UHGV virus genome: UHGV-0371537
DNA from: a virus
Length of the DNA stretch: 64,000 nucleotides
Reading direction: 5' to 3' (one strand)
Below the pieces are notes generated by a model that saw nothing but the letters and a program-made list of their open reading frames with translations, was not told the DNA's origin and searched no databases. This document shows, in pieces, positions 48,026-57,681 of this stretch. Numbering within the stretch: the first letter of the stretch is position 1; each line of letters starts with the position of its first letter. The position numbers and the translations under genes are program-made.

Positions 48026-49014
48026 TGTCTAATATCACGATTGTAAAAGACCAGTACGCTTGGGAGAACCGTTTCCGCCCTGACAACCTTGATGAGATTA
48101 TCATCCCTCAAGACGTCCGTGCTAAAATCCATGGCTACATTACCAGTGGCAACGGTAACATTCCTTCCATGCTGTTTTACTCCCCTCAGCCTGGTACTGG
48201 TAAAACCACCTCTGCCCTGGCTGTGTGCAACGAGATCGGTTGTAAACAACCCCTGATGATCAACGCATCCCTGGACAACAGCATTGATGTTATCCGTGAT
48301 CGCGTGATTCAATACTCTACTGGCGTGAGTGTATTCGGCGGTCGCAAAGTCGTTATCCTCGACGAAGTGGAGCGCCTGTCTATGGCGGCGCAAGAATCCC
48401 TGAAGGGTATTGTAGAGAAGGTCTCCAAGAACTGCTCGTTCATCCTGACCACCAACGCCAAGCAACGCGTGAACGAACCTTTGCGATCTCGTTGCCGTGA
48501 AATCGACTTCATCTGGAACGAGCAGGAAGCACTGGAAGTTCAGAACAAGTTCTGTTTGCGTTGCGTTGAAATCCTCCGCGCCGAAGGTGTTGAGTTCGTT
48601 CCCCAGGTTCTGGCTGCTATCGTTAAGCGCCATTTCCCCGATAATCGCCGCATTATGGGCACCCTGCAGGATAACGTCACCACCTATGGCAAGATTGACG
48701 AACGCGCCCTGGCTGTCTTGAAAGCGGCTGACCTTGGTACTCTGGTCGGCATGCTGAAAGCCAATGACTGGGCTGGTATGAAGCAGTGGGTGACTGACAA
48801 CCAGAACTACATCACAGAAGACTTCTATTCTCGCTTCTTCCAGTTCTGTGTACCGCAAGACAAAGAGAAGCCGATGATGGTTCAGAACGAGTCCATCCCA
48901 GACCTGGTCTGCGTCTGCGGCCAGTCACAAATCGAACATCGTCAGGTGGGTGATGTGTGGCTTCACGCCGTTTATTTCCTGACCAACGTCATGCTCAACA
49001 TTAAGTGGAAGTGA
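48025..49014 (+). CDS. gp44: clamp loader large subunit, T4 gp44-like
   Basis: Walker A SPQPGTGKTT, VVILDEVE Walker B and SRC motif resemble T4 gp44. Confidence 0.9.
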   Translation: MSNITIVKDQYAWENRFRPDNLDEIIIPQDVRAKIHGYITSGNGNIPSMLFYSPQPGTGKTTSALAVCNEIGCKQPLMINASLDNSIDVIRDRVIQYSTGVSVFGGRKVVILDEVERLSMAAQESLKGIVEKVSKNCSFILTTNAKQRVNEPLRSRCREIDFIWNEQEALEVQNKFCLRCVEILRAEGVEFVPQVLAAIVKRHFPDNRRIMGTLQDNVTTYGKIDERALAVLKAADLGTLVGMLKANDWAGMKQWVTDNQNYITEDFYSRFFQFCVPQDKEKPMMVQNESIPDLVCVCGQSQIEHRQVGDVWLHAVYFLTNVMLNIKWK

Positions 49015-49018
49015 TACT

Positions 49019-49441
49019 ATGGCCGCCCCTGGATTGTTCGATTATCTGTCTGCTCTGAACAGCAGCAAAGAGAACCTTCTGCAAACCGATGATCCGGAAG
49101 TGCAGAAGGGCTTCGACCCGTTCATGACGCGGCGTGGTCTCGCCCAGAGCAAAGACACTCTGGTGTTTGCGCAGCAGATGAATAAGCTGCATGCCACCAC
49201 TCCATGGATGCAATGGTCATACGCCTTTCATTCCATTCCAGCGCGTAAGCGTTATGACAAATGGTCTAAGAAAGGCGCTGTCGACCCTGATGTGAAGATG
49301 CTATCCGAGTATTTCTACATCAGCATGGAGAAGGCATCCGAGTACGTCCGTTTCTTGCCGCAGGAAGTCCTGGCTGAGATACGCGAAAAGATGGGACGTA
49401 CTGAGCTAAACGCCAAAGCGAAACCGCGCAAGGCTAAGTAG
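49019..49441 (+). CDS. clamp loader small subunit, gp62-like (by synteny)
   Basis: Position between gp44-like and regA-like genes; weak similarity only. Confidence 0.5.
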   Translation: MAAPGLFDYLSALNSSKENLLQTDDPEVQKGFDPFMTRRGLAQSKDTLVFAQQMNKLHATTPWMQWSYAFHSIPARKRYDKWSKKGAVDPDVKMLSEYFYISMEKASEYVRFLPQEVLAEIREKMGRTELNAKAKPRKAK

Positions 49442-49471
49442 TTCAAACTATTGCAAAAGGGGAAATAAGTC

Positions 49472-49936
49472 ATGGCGCGTAATACGCTGGACATATTGAA
49501 CATCTCAGCCGTCAACGATGAGGCCAGCATCGTTGATTGTATGGTTGAGGTTCAATTGAACCAAGATCGGCCAGGGATCTTCCTGGGGATCAAGGAAACA
49601 CTGAGCCGAATTGGGGTAAACACGCGCCAAGAGCCGAATACTCTGTACCAGACTTGTCATATCCTTCACAAGTATGGCAAGTATTATATCGTTCACTTCA
49701 AGCATCTGTTTATGCTGGATGGCCATTACAACGGCTTCAACCGTGAGGACATCCTGCGAATGAACCGCATCATCAAACTGCTTGAGCAGTGGAACATGGT
49801 GAAGGTCATTCACCCGGAACAGATCACCGAGGCCGCCGATATGTCACGCATCAAAGTGGTCAAACACGATCAGGTTCCCGAATGGAAACTGGTCCCAAAA
49901 TACATTATCCGGCCTACAAAGGCCAAAAGCGAATAA
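49472..49936 (+). CDS. regA: translational repressor RegA-like
   Basis: ETLSRIGVNTRQEPNTLYQTCHILHKYGKYYIVHFKHLFMLDG and EWKLVPKYII resemble T4 RegA. Confidence 0.8.
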   Translation: MARNTLDILNISAVNDEASIVDCMVEVQLNQDRPGIFLGIKETLSRIGVNTRQEPNTLYQTCHILHKYGKYYIVHFKHLFMLDGHYNGFNREDILRMNRIIKLLEQWNMVKVIHPEQITEAADMSRIKVVKHDQVPEWKLVPKYIIRPTKAKSE

Positions 49937-49952
49937 CTGGAGTCGCTAAATC

Positions 49953-50825
49953 ATGACAACTACATTTTCTAAGAACGTGAATCTGAATCTGGCTTTCGGT
50001 AATGCAAAGGGTGATGTGACGTCGCCCAATTTTGACAAGATCCGCAATCAGGCGAAACTGGTGCTGGAAGAAACCCGTGAACTGCTGGAAGCGGCGTATT
50101 TCGACCACGAGGTGAAAATTGAGTTCACTGCATCTCCGCGAGTCCTGAAAGAACCTGCTGTTGCCGACATCAAAGGCATTATGCGCCAGATTCTGGACGC
50201 TCAGGGCGACATCACAACAGTCAATGACGGCGTGGCTCACATTGCTGGTTTCGACGGCGATGAGTGCCTACAGCGCGTTTATGCTTCCAACATGAGCAAG
50301 TTCGTCCGCAATGCAGCTGAAGTTGTTCCGGCGCTGGAGTATTACTACAACAAAGGCTTCCCGCGTGAAAGCCTGCGCATCGAAGGTGAATTTCCACAGG
50401 CGTGCATCAAAGTGGTGGATACCATCACAATCGACGGCAAAGAGTATCCAGCAGGTAAGTTCCTGAAGAACATGGCGACATTCAAAGAGCCTGACTTCTC
50501 TGATATGCTGACTGCTGAGCCTAAGCGCCAGATCACAGAAATCATCTTGACGGGCACAGCCACTCCAGGCCAGCTTGGCTCAAATGAACATGCTGGTGTC
50601 GCTTTCGCTCCATTCGACTTCGTGGACGAGATCGTAGAATATTCCAAGATGGGCTTCCAGGCGTATTCAGGCGAAGCGATTGAGAGCTACATTCCTGTGT
50701 TTGTTTTTAATGAAGACAACTTCCCAACCCTGCCGATGATCTGGGGTGAATGGAAAGCCAACGTGCGCATTTACGTGGCTAGCCCAGTGCAGTCTTCAAT
50801 CACCCAGCTGACCCGTATCGATTAA
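49953..50825 (+). CDS. hypothetical protein (290 aa), possible MazG-like N-terminal domain
   Basis: LVLEETRELLEAA resembles the EE..E motif of all-alpha NTP pyrophosphohydrolases; weak. Confidence 0.4.
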   Translation: MTTTFSKNVNLNLAFGNAKGDVTSPNFDKIRNQAKLVLEETRELLEAAYFDHEVKIEFTASPRVLKEPAVADIKGIMRQILDAQGDITTVNDGVAHIAGFDGDECLQRVYASNMSKFVRNAAEVVPALEYYYNKGFPRESLRIEGEFPQACIKVVDTITIDGKEYPAGKFLKNMATFKEPDFSDMLTAEPKRQITEIILTGTATPGQLGSNEHAGVAFAPFDFVDEIVEYSKMGFQAYSGEAIESYIPVFVFNEDNFPTLPMIWGEWKANVRIYVASPVQSSITQLTRID

Positions 50826-50893
50826 GATATCCGGTTATTCACTAAACAACAGAGGCTATAATGGCCTCTGTTTTCGTATTCTAAGAGGATACC

Positions 50894-52093
50894 ATGAAAG
50901 ATAAAGCCCTGGACGTCCCGTACTGCGGTGTCCGCGAAGAAAAGATAAAGTCGGCCAAACCGGTTCTCAGTCCGACCCATACCCGCCTGTCTTATGACTG
51001 GATGAGCGAGCGCTATAAGATCCACGTTCGAAAGGACGTCCAGCGTCTTCCTGCTCCTTGGACGAATAATCCTATACTACGGCAGGTCAAGTTCTGTAAC
51101 GTCCGGAGAGAGCACGACAGGCAGTCTCTTAACCTGATCAACAACATCGTCAACAACGATGCTCTGGGTATGGCAGACAAGATGTTTAACTGCGTGCTGT
51201 TCCGCATGTTCAACCTCTGGGATCCGATCCAGGCTATCGGCGGCGCGATGACGATCAAAGAATTCGCCAAGATTAATCTTGACGCAACCCGTGAACGACT
51301 TCAGAAGTTCGAGGCTGACGGTGGTAAGGTATTCACCAATGCCTTCAACACAGGCGGCCTGAAGCAATGCCTGGCTTTCCCTGAGATGGTTGTCAACCAC
51401 AAGGAGCAGCTCTTCGGTGGGATGATGGTGAAAGTGTATCGCGTTGGCCAGGGTATTGTGGACGAGATGGACTACAAGGTCGCCAAGAAGCTGGTCGAAG
51501 AGAATCCTGGTGAATATACCATCGAGGGATGGGAACCGTACATGCCAATGCGTGTCATCCGTTCCCTGAAGGCATTCGTCAACAAGTATCCAAATTACTT
51601 CCATGACCTGCTGCGCCTTGGTACTCCTCTGGAAGTATACCAGCGCATGTACGACGACATCGAAGGGCTTGGTCCATTCCTGGCTTATCAGATCTGGGTG
51701 GACTTCACGTACATTCCTGAGTATCCGTTTAGTGAGAACCACTTCACGGTTGCTGGACCAGGCTGTCGTGCAGGCATCGACCTGATGTTCCTGAACAAAG
51801 ACGGTATGACCCACGAAGAATGCATCTTCTGGTTACGGGACAACCAGGACGCAGTGTATTCCCAATATGGATATGTTCGTGAGCAATTCTGGTCTGCGGA
51901 AGAGCCTTGGGATCAGTGTATGAATGTTCAACAATTAGAAAACCACTTTTGTGAATTGTCGAAATATACCCGTTGTGTAGAGGCTTTACAGCAAGGTAAA
52001 AAACCGCGCGGGAAGGTTGGATACGATGGGGAAGGACAACCTAAAGCGGCGACATCTGGTTCTAAAAACCTACTAAATTTATTTAAAAAGTAA
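50894..52093 (+). CDS. hypothetical protein (399 aa)
   Basis: Long ORF; no motif recognised by eye. Confidence 0.5.
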   Translation: MKDKALDVPYCGVREEKIKSAKPVLSPTHTRLSYDWMSERYKIHVRKDVQRLPAPWTNNPILRQVKFCNVRREHDRQSLNLINNIVNNDALGMADKMFNCVLFRMFNLWDPIQAIGGAMTIKEFAKINLDATRERLQKFEADGGKVFTNAFNTGGLKQCLAFPEMVVNHKEQLFGGMMVKVYRVGQGIVDEMDYKVAKKLVEENPGEYTIEGWEPYMPMRVIRSLKAFVNKYPNYFHDLLRLGTPLEVYQRMYDDIEGLGPFLAYQIWVDFTYIPEYPFSENHFTVAGPGCRAGIDLMFLNKDGMTHEECIFWLRDNQDAVYSQYGYVREQFWSAEEPWDQCMNVQQLENHFCELSKYTRCVEALQQGKKPRGKVGYDGEGQPKAATSGSKNLLNLFKK

Positions 52094-52152
52094 CTTACTT
52101 TGTGAGTTAAGAAAGTATATTATAACAGGAACTTTCATTTGGAGTTCCTGTT

Positions 52153-53082
52153 ATGTTTTACGAATTATTGATTTCTAAAGGCGGTAAACCGCATTTTATC
52201 AAGAAGTATTTGAGGATGGTTCAATCTTTCAAATATTCTGATAGTGACTACACTGAATTACACCACATCCTTCCCAAGAGCATGTTCCCTGAATATTCTA
52301 AAGATAAGATAAATTTGGTTCGATTAACAGGCAGACAACATTATCTTGTCCATGTATGCTTGGCCTTGGCTTTCCCAAACACGAGAATGGTGTATGCTGT
52401 TGTAGCTATGAGAAAGGGAGGAAGAAGAAATAAATCAGGTATTCGGTTTAATTCTCATTTGTATGAAAGTTTCAGAATTAAATTCAGCGAACAACTATCT
52501 TTACAATGGAAAGGGGTTTCTCGGTTTGTGGGTAAAGACAACCCAATGTATGGGAGAAGAGGAAAGAATAATCCCCAATATGGGTATAAGAGAACTCCAG
52601 AGCAAGTCAAGAAAATTACCAAAGGATTGATGAAAATCCATGAAAGGATGGCTTCTGATCCGGAATATAAAAGAGAAGTTTTAGAGCAGCGTCGTACCAA
52701 TACGGATTTAAAGCAATTTTCTGAGCGTTCCCGCCAAGCAAAACTCGGTGAACTCAATCCTAATTATGGGAAGGACTTAACCAACTCTTTCACACCGGAA
52801 CAACGCGCCAAACAGAAAGAAAACGCTCAGAAAGGCATGTTGGCTAAGATGCCTTGGGAGAAGGGTAAATGGAACCCCGACAATGACGTATATTGGGAGA
52901 AAGCTGATCAATTCCTTGAAGCCCTGAATACGATGAAACGTTCAGAAGCCCTCTTGTTCGTGTATGGAACAAAAGATCTGAAGGCGTTTAATGCCACCAG
53001 TGGGATAATCGAACGTTTCAATAAAGGCTGGGAACCATTAAAATGCGTAAAATGGTTAAAAAGATATAAGGGTGAAAAATGA
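52153..53082 (+). CDS. HNH homing endonuclease
   Basis: ELHHILPKSMFPEYSKDKINLVRLTGRQHYLVH is an HNH core; repeated NP.YG(R/K) NUMOD-like motifs. Confidence 0.7.
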   Translation: MFYELLISKGGKPHFIKKYLRMVQSFKYSDSDYTELHHILPKSMFPEYSKDKINLVRLTGRQHYLVHVCLALAFPNTRMVYAVVAMRKGGRRNKSGIRFNSHLYESFRIKFSEQLSLQWKGVSRFVGKDNPMYGRRGKNNPQYGYKRTPEQVKKITKGLMKIHERMASDPEYKREVLEQRRTNTDLKQFSERSRQAKLGELNPNYGKDLTNSFTPEQRAKQKENAQKGMLAKMPWEKGKWNPDNDVYWEKADQFLEALNTMKRSEALLFVYGTKDLKAFNATSGIIERFNKGWEPLKCVKWLKRYKGEK

Positions 53083-53303
53083 GCTGGAAATTGTTCAAAC
53101 TGTGTAAAGCGACTGATGAGTTTCTTCTGAAAGCCCGTATGGAAGGACGTCTCGTGTACACTCCTTACCCAGGCACTATTCGGTTTTGTAGTACGTTGAG
53201 GAAACAGAAATCAGTTTCTGGGCCAAGACGTTTGTTGATGCAGGGGATGCTGGCATACAACTCCGGTGATACTCGGCCTTGTGACGGTGGTAAGATCGTC
53301 TGA
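53079..53303 (+). CDS. hypothetical protein (74 aa)
   Basis: Short ORF overlapping the HNH gene stop. Confidence 0.3.
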   Translation: MSWKLFKLCKATDEFLLKARMEGRLVYTPYPGTIRFCSTLRKQKSVSGPRRLLMQGMLAYNSGDTRPCDGGKIV

Positions 53304-53422
53304 ATAAAGATTCCCTTTACTTCATTCTTCAATAACTTTTTTCAACGTATTATTGACCTCACTTAAACGAAGCGCCCTGGCAAACGGGGCGCACATTTGA
53401 ACTGAAACAGGAAGACTACATC

Positions 53423-55441
53423 ATGTCAGAATTTAAGCCCTTCGCAGTAGCTGTTAACAACAACGTGCTGGCCATGTCAGCAACTGGTCTGTTCATGACC
53501 AACATCGATAAAGATGCTCTGTGGGATCTGTATCTGTCTTCTTTCCCTGCTGGCACCAACCCGCTCTACCGTGAGCGTACCGAGCACGACTGCACCTGCT
53601 GCAAACAATTCATCCGTAATATCGGTGGTGTGGTTACCATCGACACTGACCTGAACGTGATCTCTATCTGGGATAACATTCAGCTGGGCAACGAATACGA
53701 CGTTGTCGCTGCGGCGCTGTCTGCGTATGTCAAGCAACACGCAATCGTCGACGTGTACTTCAACGATACCAAGAAAGTCGGTGTTGAGTCGAATCACGAA
53801 ATGAAAGACGGTAATGTCCGCACCTACAACCACTTCCACACCGACCTGCTGCCCAGCTATGTTCTGCGGGCTGATGCCATCGCTTCTAAGAAGGGTGAAA
53901 TCCGTCAGGCGATTGAAGTGTTTGAGCGCGGCCTGCGTGAACTGTCTCTGGAATCGGCTGAAATCGTTCTGGAATTGATCGACCAGAATTCTCTGTATCG
54001 CGGTGAAGAGCACAAGGCGGCAGTGCAGGCGTTCGTGGTGAACAAGACCCTGTACGAACAGACTGCAGAAGAGAAACGCGCTCTGTGGGCTTGGCGCACT
54101 GGCTATCATGCGAACGGTCATACCCCTCACGGCATTCGTAATACCGTGATTGGCTCTCTGTTGGTAGACCTCAACGAAGGCCGCGACCTGGAAACCGCCG
54201 TCAAGTCTTTCGAAGCCAAAGTAGCTCCGACGAACTACAAGCGCCCAACCGCGCTGGTAACTAAGTCGATGATCGAAAATGCGCAGAAAGAAGTTGAAGC
54301 GCTGGGTCTGACCGATTCACTGGGTCGCCGTTATGCCGTGTATGACGATCTGACCATCAACAACGTTCTGTTTGCCGACCTGGCAGCACAGAAGAAGATG
54401 GACCCGTTTGCTCAGCTGGCGTCTGAAGTGAAGACTCCGACCAAGTCCCTGGACAAGGTTGAAGAGATCACCATCGACGACTTCCTGGCGAACGTGCTGC
54501 CGAAAGCGCACTCAATGGAAGTGCTGGTTGAGAACTCTCACACTGGCAACCTGATGTCCCTGATCGCTCCGGCTACGGCAGGTGCTCCTAACCTGTTCAA
54601 GTGGAACAACGGCTTCAGCTGGTCATACAACGGTGAAGTGGCCGACTCCATCAAAGAGCGCGTGAAGACAGCAGGTGGCAACGTTGACGGTTTCCTCCGT
54701 GTGTCGCTGGCGTGGCATAACAACGACGACCTGGATCTGAGCCTGAACGATCCTTTACACAATCATGTGTATTACCACAACCGTCGCTCAGCAACTGGCG
54801 CAACCCTGGATATCGACATGAACGGTATGGACGGCATTGACCCGAATCGCCGCCCGGTGGAGAACATCTTCTTCAGCGATGAGCGCAAGCTGCGTAATGG
54901 TCTGTACGAGTTCTATGTCACTAACTTCAGCCAGCGTGAAACCTGTGATATGGGCTTCGAAATCGAAGTCGAATACAAAGGCCAGACCAAGCGTTTTTCG
55001 CATCCTGGCCTGAAGCACAAAGATCGCACTCTGGCTGTTGTGATTGATGTCCGCGCCGGACAGGTGGTAGACATCCGCTCTACTCTGAAAGACGATGCTC
55101 GTTCTCAGGAAATCTGGGGCATCAAGACCTCGGTCTTCCAGAAGGTACAGCTGGTTCTGAACTCACCAAACCATTGGGACGGCGAGCAGACGGGCAACAA
55201 GCACGTGTTCTTCATCCTGGAAGGTTGTGCTAACCCTGTCGGCACTCGTGGCTTCTATAACGAATATCTGAAGCCGGAACTGGATAAACACCGTAAGGTT
55301 TTTGAAATGTTAGGTAGTAAGATGAAAGTACAGCCAAGCACTGAGCAGCTGTCCGGTCTGGGCTTCTCTACCACCCAACGCAACCACGTGTTCGTGAAGG
55401 TGAGCGGCTCGTTCAACCGCACTGTAAAAGTTGTGTTCTAA
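53423..55441 (+). CDS. hypothetical protein (672 aa), unknown function
   Basis: Uninterrupted 2-kb ORF; no Walker, HxGH or other motif recognised. Confidence 0.55.
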   Translation: MSEFKPFAVAVNNNVLAMSATGLFMTNIDKDALWDLYLSSFPAGTNPLYRERTEHDCTCCKQFIRNIGGVVTIDTDLNVISIWDNIQLGNEYDVVAAALSAYVKQHAIVDVYFNDTKKVGVESNHEMKDGNVRTYNHFHTDLLPSYVLRADAIASKKGEIRQAIEVFERGLRELSLESAEIVLELIDQNSLYRGEEHKAAVQAFVVNKTLYEQTAEEKRALWAWRTGYHANGHTPHGIRNTVIGSLLVDLNEGRDLETAVKSFEAKVAPTNYKRPTALVTKSMIENAQKEVEALGLTDSLGRRYAVYDDLTINNVLFADLAAQKKMDPFAQLASEVKTPTKSLDKVEEITIDDFLANVLPKAHSMEVLVENSHTGNLMSLIAPATAGAPNLFKWNNGFSWSYNGEVADSIKERVKTAGGNVDGFLRVSLAWHNNDDLDLSLNDPLHNHVYYHNRRSATGATLDIDMNGMDGIDPNRRPVENIFFSDERKLRNGLYEFYVTNFSQRETCDMGFEIEVEYKGQTKRFSHPGLKHKDRTLAVVIDVRAGQVVDIRSTLKDDARSQEIWGIKTSVFQKVQLVLNSPNHWDGEQTGNKHVFFILEGCANPVGTRGFYNEYLKPELDKHRKVFEMLGSKMKVQPSTEQLSGLGFSTTQRNHVFVKVSGSFNRTVKVVF

Positions 55442-55484
55442 ACCCTTTTGAAACTGTAACCCATTTATCATTGAGGAAAGTAAA

Positions 55485-55856
55485 ATGTTCGATAAAGCAA
55501 CCCGTCTGAAACTGCGCTTCGAGTCCAACAAAGGTCTGCTGTCTGTTGAGCAGGTTTGGGACCTGAGCCTGACCGCCCTGAACGAAATGGCCAAAGGTCT
55601 GAGCCGTCAGGTGAAGGCAGCGGAAACCGATGAAGAAGATTTCATCGGCACCAAAAGCGCCGTTGACTCCGAACTGCAGCTGCGCTTCGACGTTGTCAAG
55701 CACATTATCGGCGTTAAGCTGAAAGAGCGTGACGACAGCAAAGACGCGGCACAGCGTAAGGCGGACAACCAGGTTATTATGGAGCTGATCCAGCGTAAGA
55801 AACAGCAGGAGCTGGAAGGCAAATCTGTTGAAGAACTGGAAGCGCTGCTGAAATAA
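55485..55856 (+). CDS. hypothetical protein (123 aa)
   Basis: ORF with charged helical C-terminus. Confidence 0.45.
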   Translation: MFDKATRLKLRFESNKGLLSVEQVWDLSLTALNEMAKGLSRQVKAAETDEEDFIGTKSAVDSELQLRFDVVKHIIGVKLKERDDSKDAAQRKADNQVIMELIQRKKQQELEGKSVEELEALLK

Positions 55857-55921
55857 CCCTGTTGGCTCCGGCCTGAGCAACCCCGCCTTGTGCGGGGTTT
55901 CTTTTATCTGAGGAAACCGTT

Positions 55922-56716
55922 ATGACAACCATCAATCGTAATGAACCCAAAGGTGTTGAGCTGAAGGGTAAATCTGTTCGCGAAGGTCTGAAGCTGTCTC
56001 CAGACCTCCTGAAGTCCCACATTGCTGAAGTCATCTATGAAGACCGTGAAGTCGGCGGTCATCGTGTCATCACCTGCCACTTCAAGATGGATAATGGATT
56101 TATCGTCTGGGGCAAGAATAGCTCTACTTCCATCGACCCTGCCAACTTTGATGAAGAGTTGGGTAAGAAGCTGGCCTATGACAAGACCTTCTCTCAGTTG
56201 TGGGAACTGGAAGCCTACCGCGCCGTTGTGGAGAAGCAGATGTTGGAGGTGGCTACCGCCGATGCGAAGATAGACATCTTCCAGTACATCTCCGAAAGGG
56301 GGAAGATAAATCAGATGGCTGGTATGGAATTCTTGCAAGGCCACGGTCAGTCTTTCGTGTTCCGACATCCACGAGACCCAAGCCGGGGTTTCTGTGCTGA
56401 ATTTATTCAGACTGACAACGAACGCCACAACGAACAATTCAATGGTAAATCCCGAGAGAAGGTTGAAACCTATCTGCGTTCGTTCATGCACCCGGATGAA
56501 TTGTATTCTGAACTCGTTGTCCGTCTGGCAAAGACATGCATGGCGGCTTACAAGGGTGGGATCTACTTCAATGCCACCACTTGGGATAAGATGAGCGCCG
56601 AAGAACAGAAAGACTGCTGTGAAGGCATCAGGCGGCTCTTGCTGGCTCCGGCGGATTATATCCCAACTGATCAGAAGGACGCGCTGTTCAAGGCCATCGT
56701 CGATTCCTACAAATAA
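55922..56716 (+). CDS. hypothetical protein (264 aa)
   Basis: ORF immediately upstream of the Prs-like/Nampt-like operon; followed by terminator 56747-56776. Confidence 0.5.
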   Translation: MTTINRNEPKGVELKGKSVREGLKLSPDLLKSHIAEVIYEDREVGGHRVITCHFKMDNGFIVWGKNSSTSIDPANFDEELGKKLAYDKTFSQLWELEAYRAVVEKQMLEVATADAKIDIFQYISERGKINQMAGMEFLQGHGQSFVFRHPRDPSRGFCAEFIQTDNERHNEQFNGKSREKVETYLRSFMHPDELYSELVVRLAKTCMAAYKGGIYFNATTWDKMSAEEQKDCCEGIRRLLLAPADYIPTDQKDALFKAIVDSYK

Positions 56717-56746
56717 CTGAATCAGCAAACTCCTTCAATAACAATG

Positions 56747-56776
56747 ACGCCCAGTATATTTGCTGGGCGTTTCAAT
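56747..56776 (+). terminator. terminator-like hairpin upstream of the Prs-like/Nampt-like operon
   Basis: ACGCCCAG pairs with CTGGGCGT around an 8-nt loop, followed by TTCAATTTGT. Confidence 0.5.
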
Positions 56777-56789
56777 TTGTGCATCACAG

Positions 56790-56795
56790 TATAAT
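56790..56795 (+). promoter_or_regulatory. candidate sigma70-type -10 element (TATAAT) for the Prs-like/Nampt-like operon
   Basis: TATAAT 31 nt upstream of ATG 56827 and just after terminator 56747-56776; -35 region (GTTTCA) is imperfect. Confidence 0.3.
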
Positions 56796-56826
56796 ACGAC
56801 TGTACAATACACCATGAGGCTACATT

Positions 56827-57681
56827 ATGTTTCGTTTGAAATTGAACGACCAAGATGTGTTCTATAAGCACTTCACCTTCCCAGGTGGTGAGGAACATAT
56901 CAAGATCCAAAAGGCTGGAATCCCTATCGGCCACGTCCAGAACGTGGTGATTGATGCTCACATCAAATCCTCTGCTGACTTCGTTGAGCTGGCACTGCTG
57001 GTTAACGCTGTTCGTGGCCTGGGTAACGTGGACCGTCTGACGGCATTCCATGCATATATCCCGTACTTCCCATATGCGCGTCAGGATCGTCATTGTGACT
57101 TTGGTGAGCCTCTGTCCGTGAAGTGGGCGGCTGAGTTCATCAACAGCATGAACTTTGACCGCGTGGCGATCAAAGACCCTCATAGCCATGTCGTGTCTTC
57201 TCTGATCAACAACGTCCATGTGGTCCCGCAAGATTACATCGTGCGTCAATATCTGGGCTGGTTCATTCGCGGCAACAATGCTGTGCTGGTAGCCCCTGAC
57301 GGCGGCGCGGCGAAGAAGACCGAAGCCCTCAGCCTGTCATTGGACGGCGTTCCTGTTGTCTACGGACACAAGAACCGTGACACCAAGACTGGTGAGATCA
57401 TTGGGGTGAGTATTACAAACCCTGAACTGATCAAAGACCGCTATCTGGTTGTGGTTGATGATATCTGCGACGGTGGGCGCACGTTTGTTGAGCTGGGCAA
57501 AGAGCTTCAGAAGCACGAGCCTAAGCACATGACGCTCTTCGTCACCCATGGCATCTTCAGCAAAGGTCTCTCTGTTTTCGACGGGATCTATGATGCTGTG
57601 TATGCCGACACTGTCTGGTGGGAGAACATCACCGCCGACGGTCTTCCTTTCAAAACTGAAAATACAGGACGTGTAAAATGA
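56827..57681 (+). CDS. ribose-phosphate pyrophosphokinase (Prs) family protein; candidate ADPR-pyrophosphate synthetase (Adps-like)
   Basis: YARQDR motif and phosphoribosyl-pyrophosphate binding loop VVVDDICDGGRT; 284 aa; 4-nt overlap with the downstream Nampt-like gene. Confidence 0.8.
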   Translation: MFRLKLNDQDVFYKHFTFPGGEEHIKIQKAGIPIGHVQNVVIDAHIKSSADFVELALLVNAVRGLGNVDRLTAFHAYIPYFPYARQDRHCDFGEPLSVKWAAEFINSMNFDRVAIKDPHSHVVSSLINNVHVVPQDYIVRQYLGWFIRGNNAVLVAPDGGAAKKTEALSLSLDGVPVVYGHKNRDTKTGEIIGVSITNPELIKDRYLVVVDDICDGGRTFVELGKELQKHEPKHMTLFVTHGIFSKGLSVFDGIYDAVYADTVWWENITADGLPFKTENTGRVK

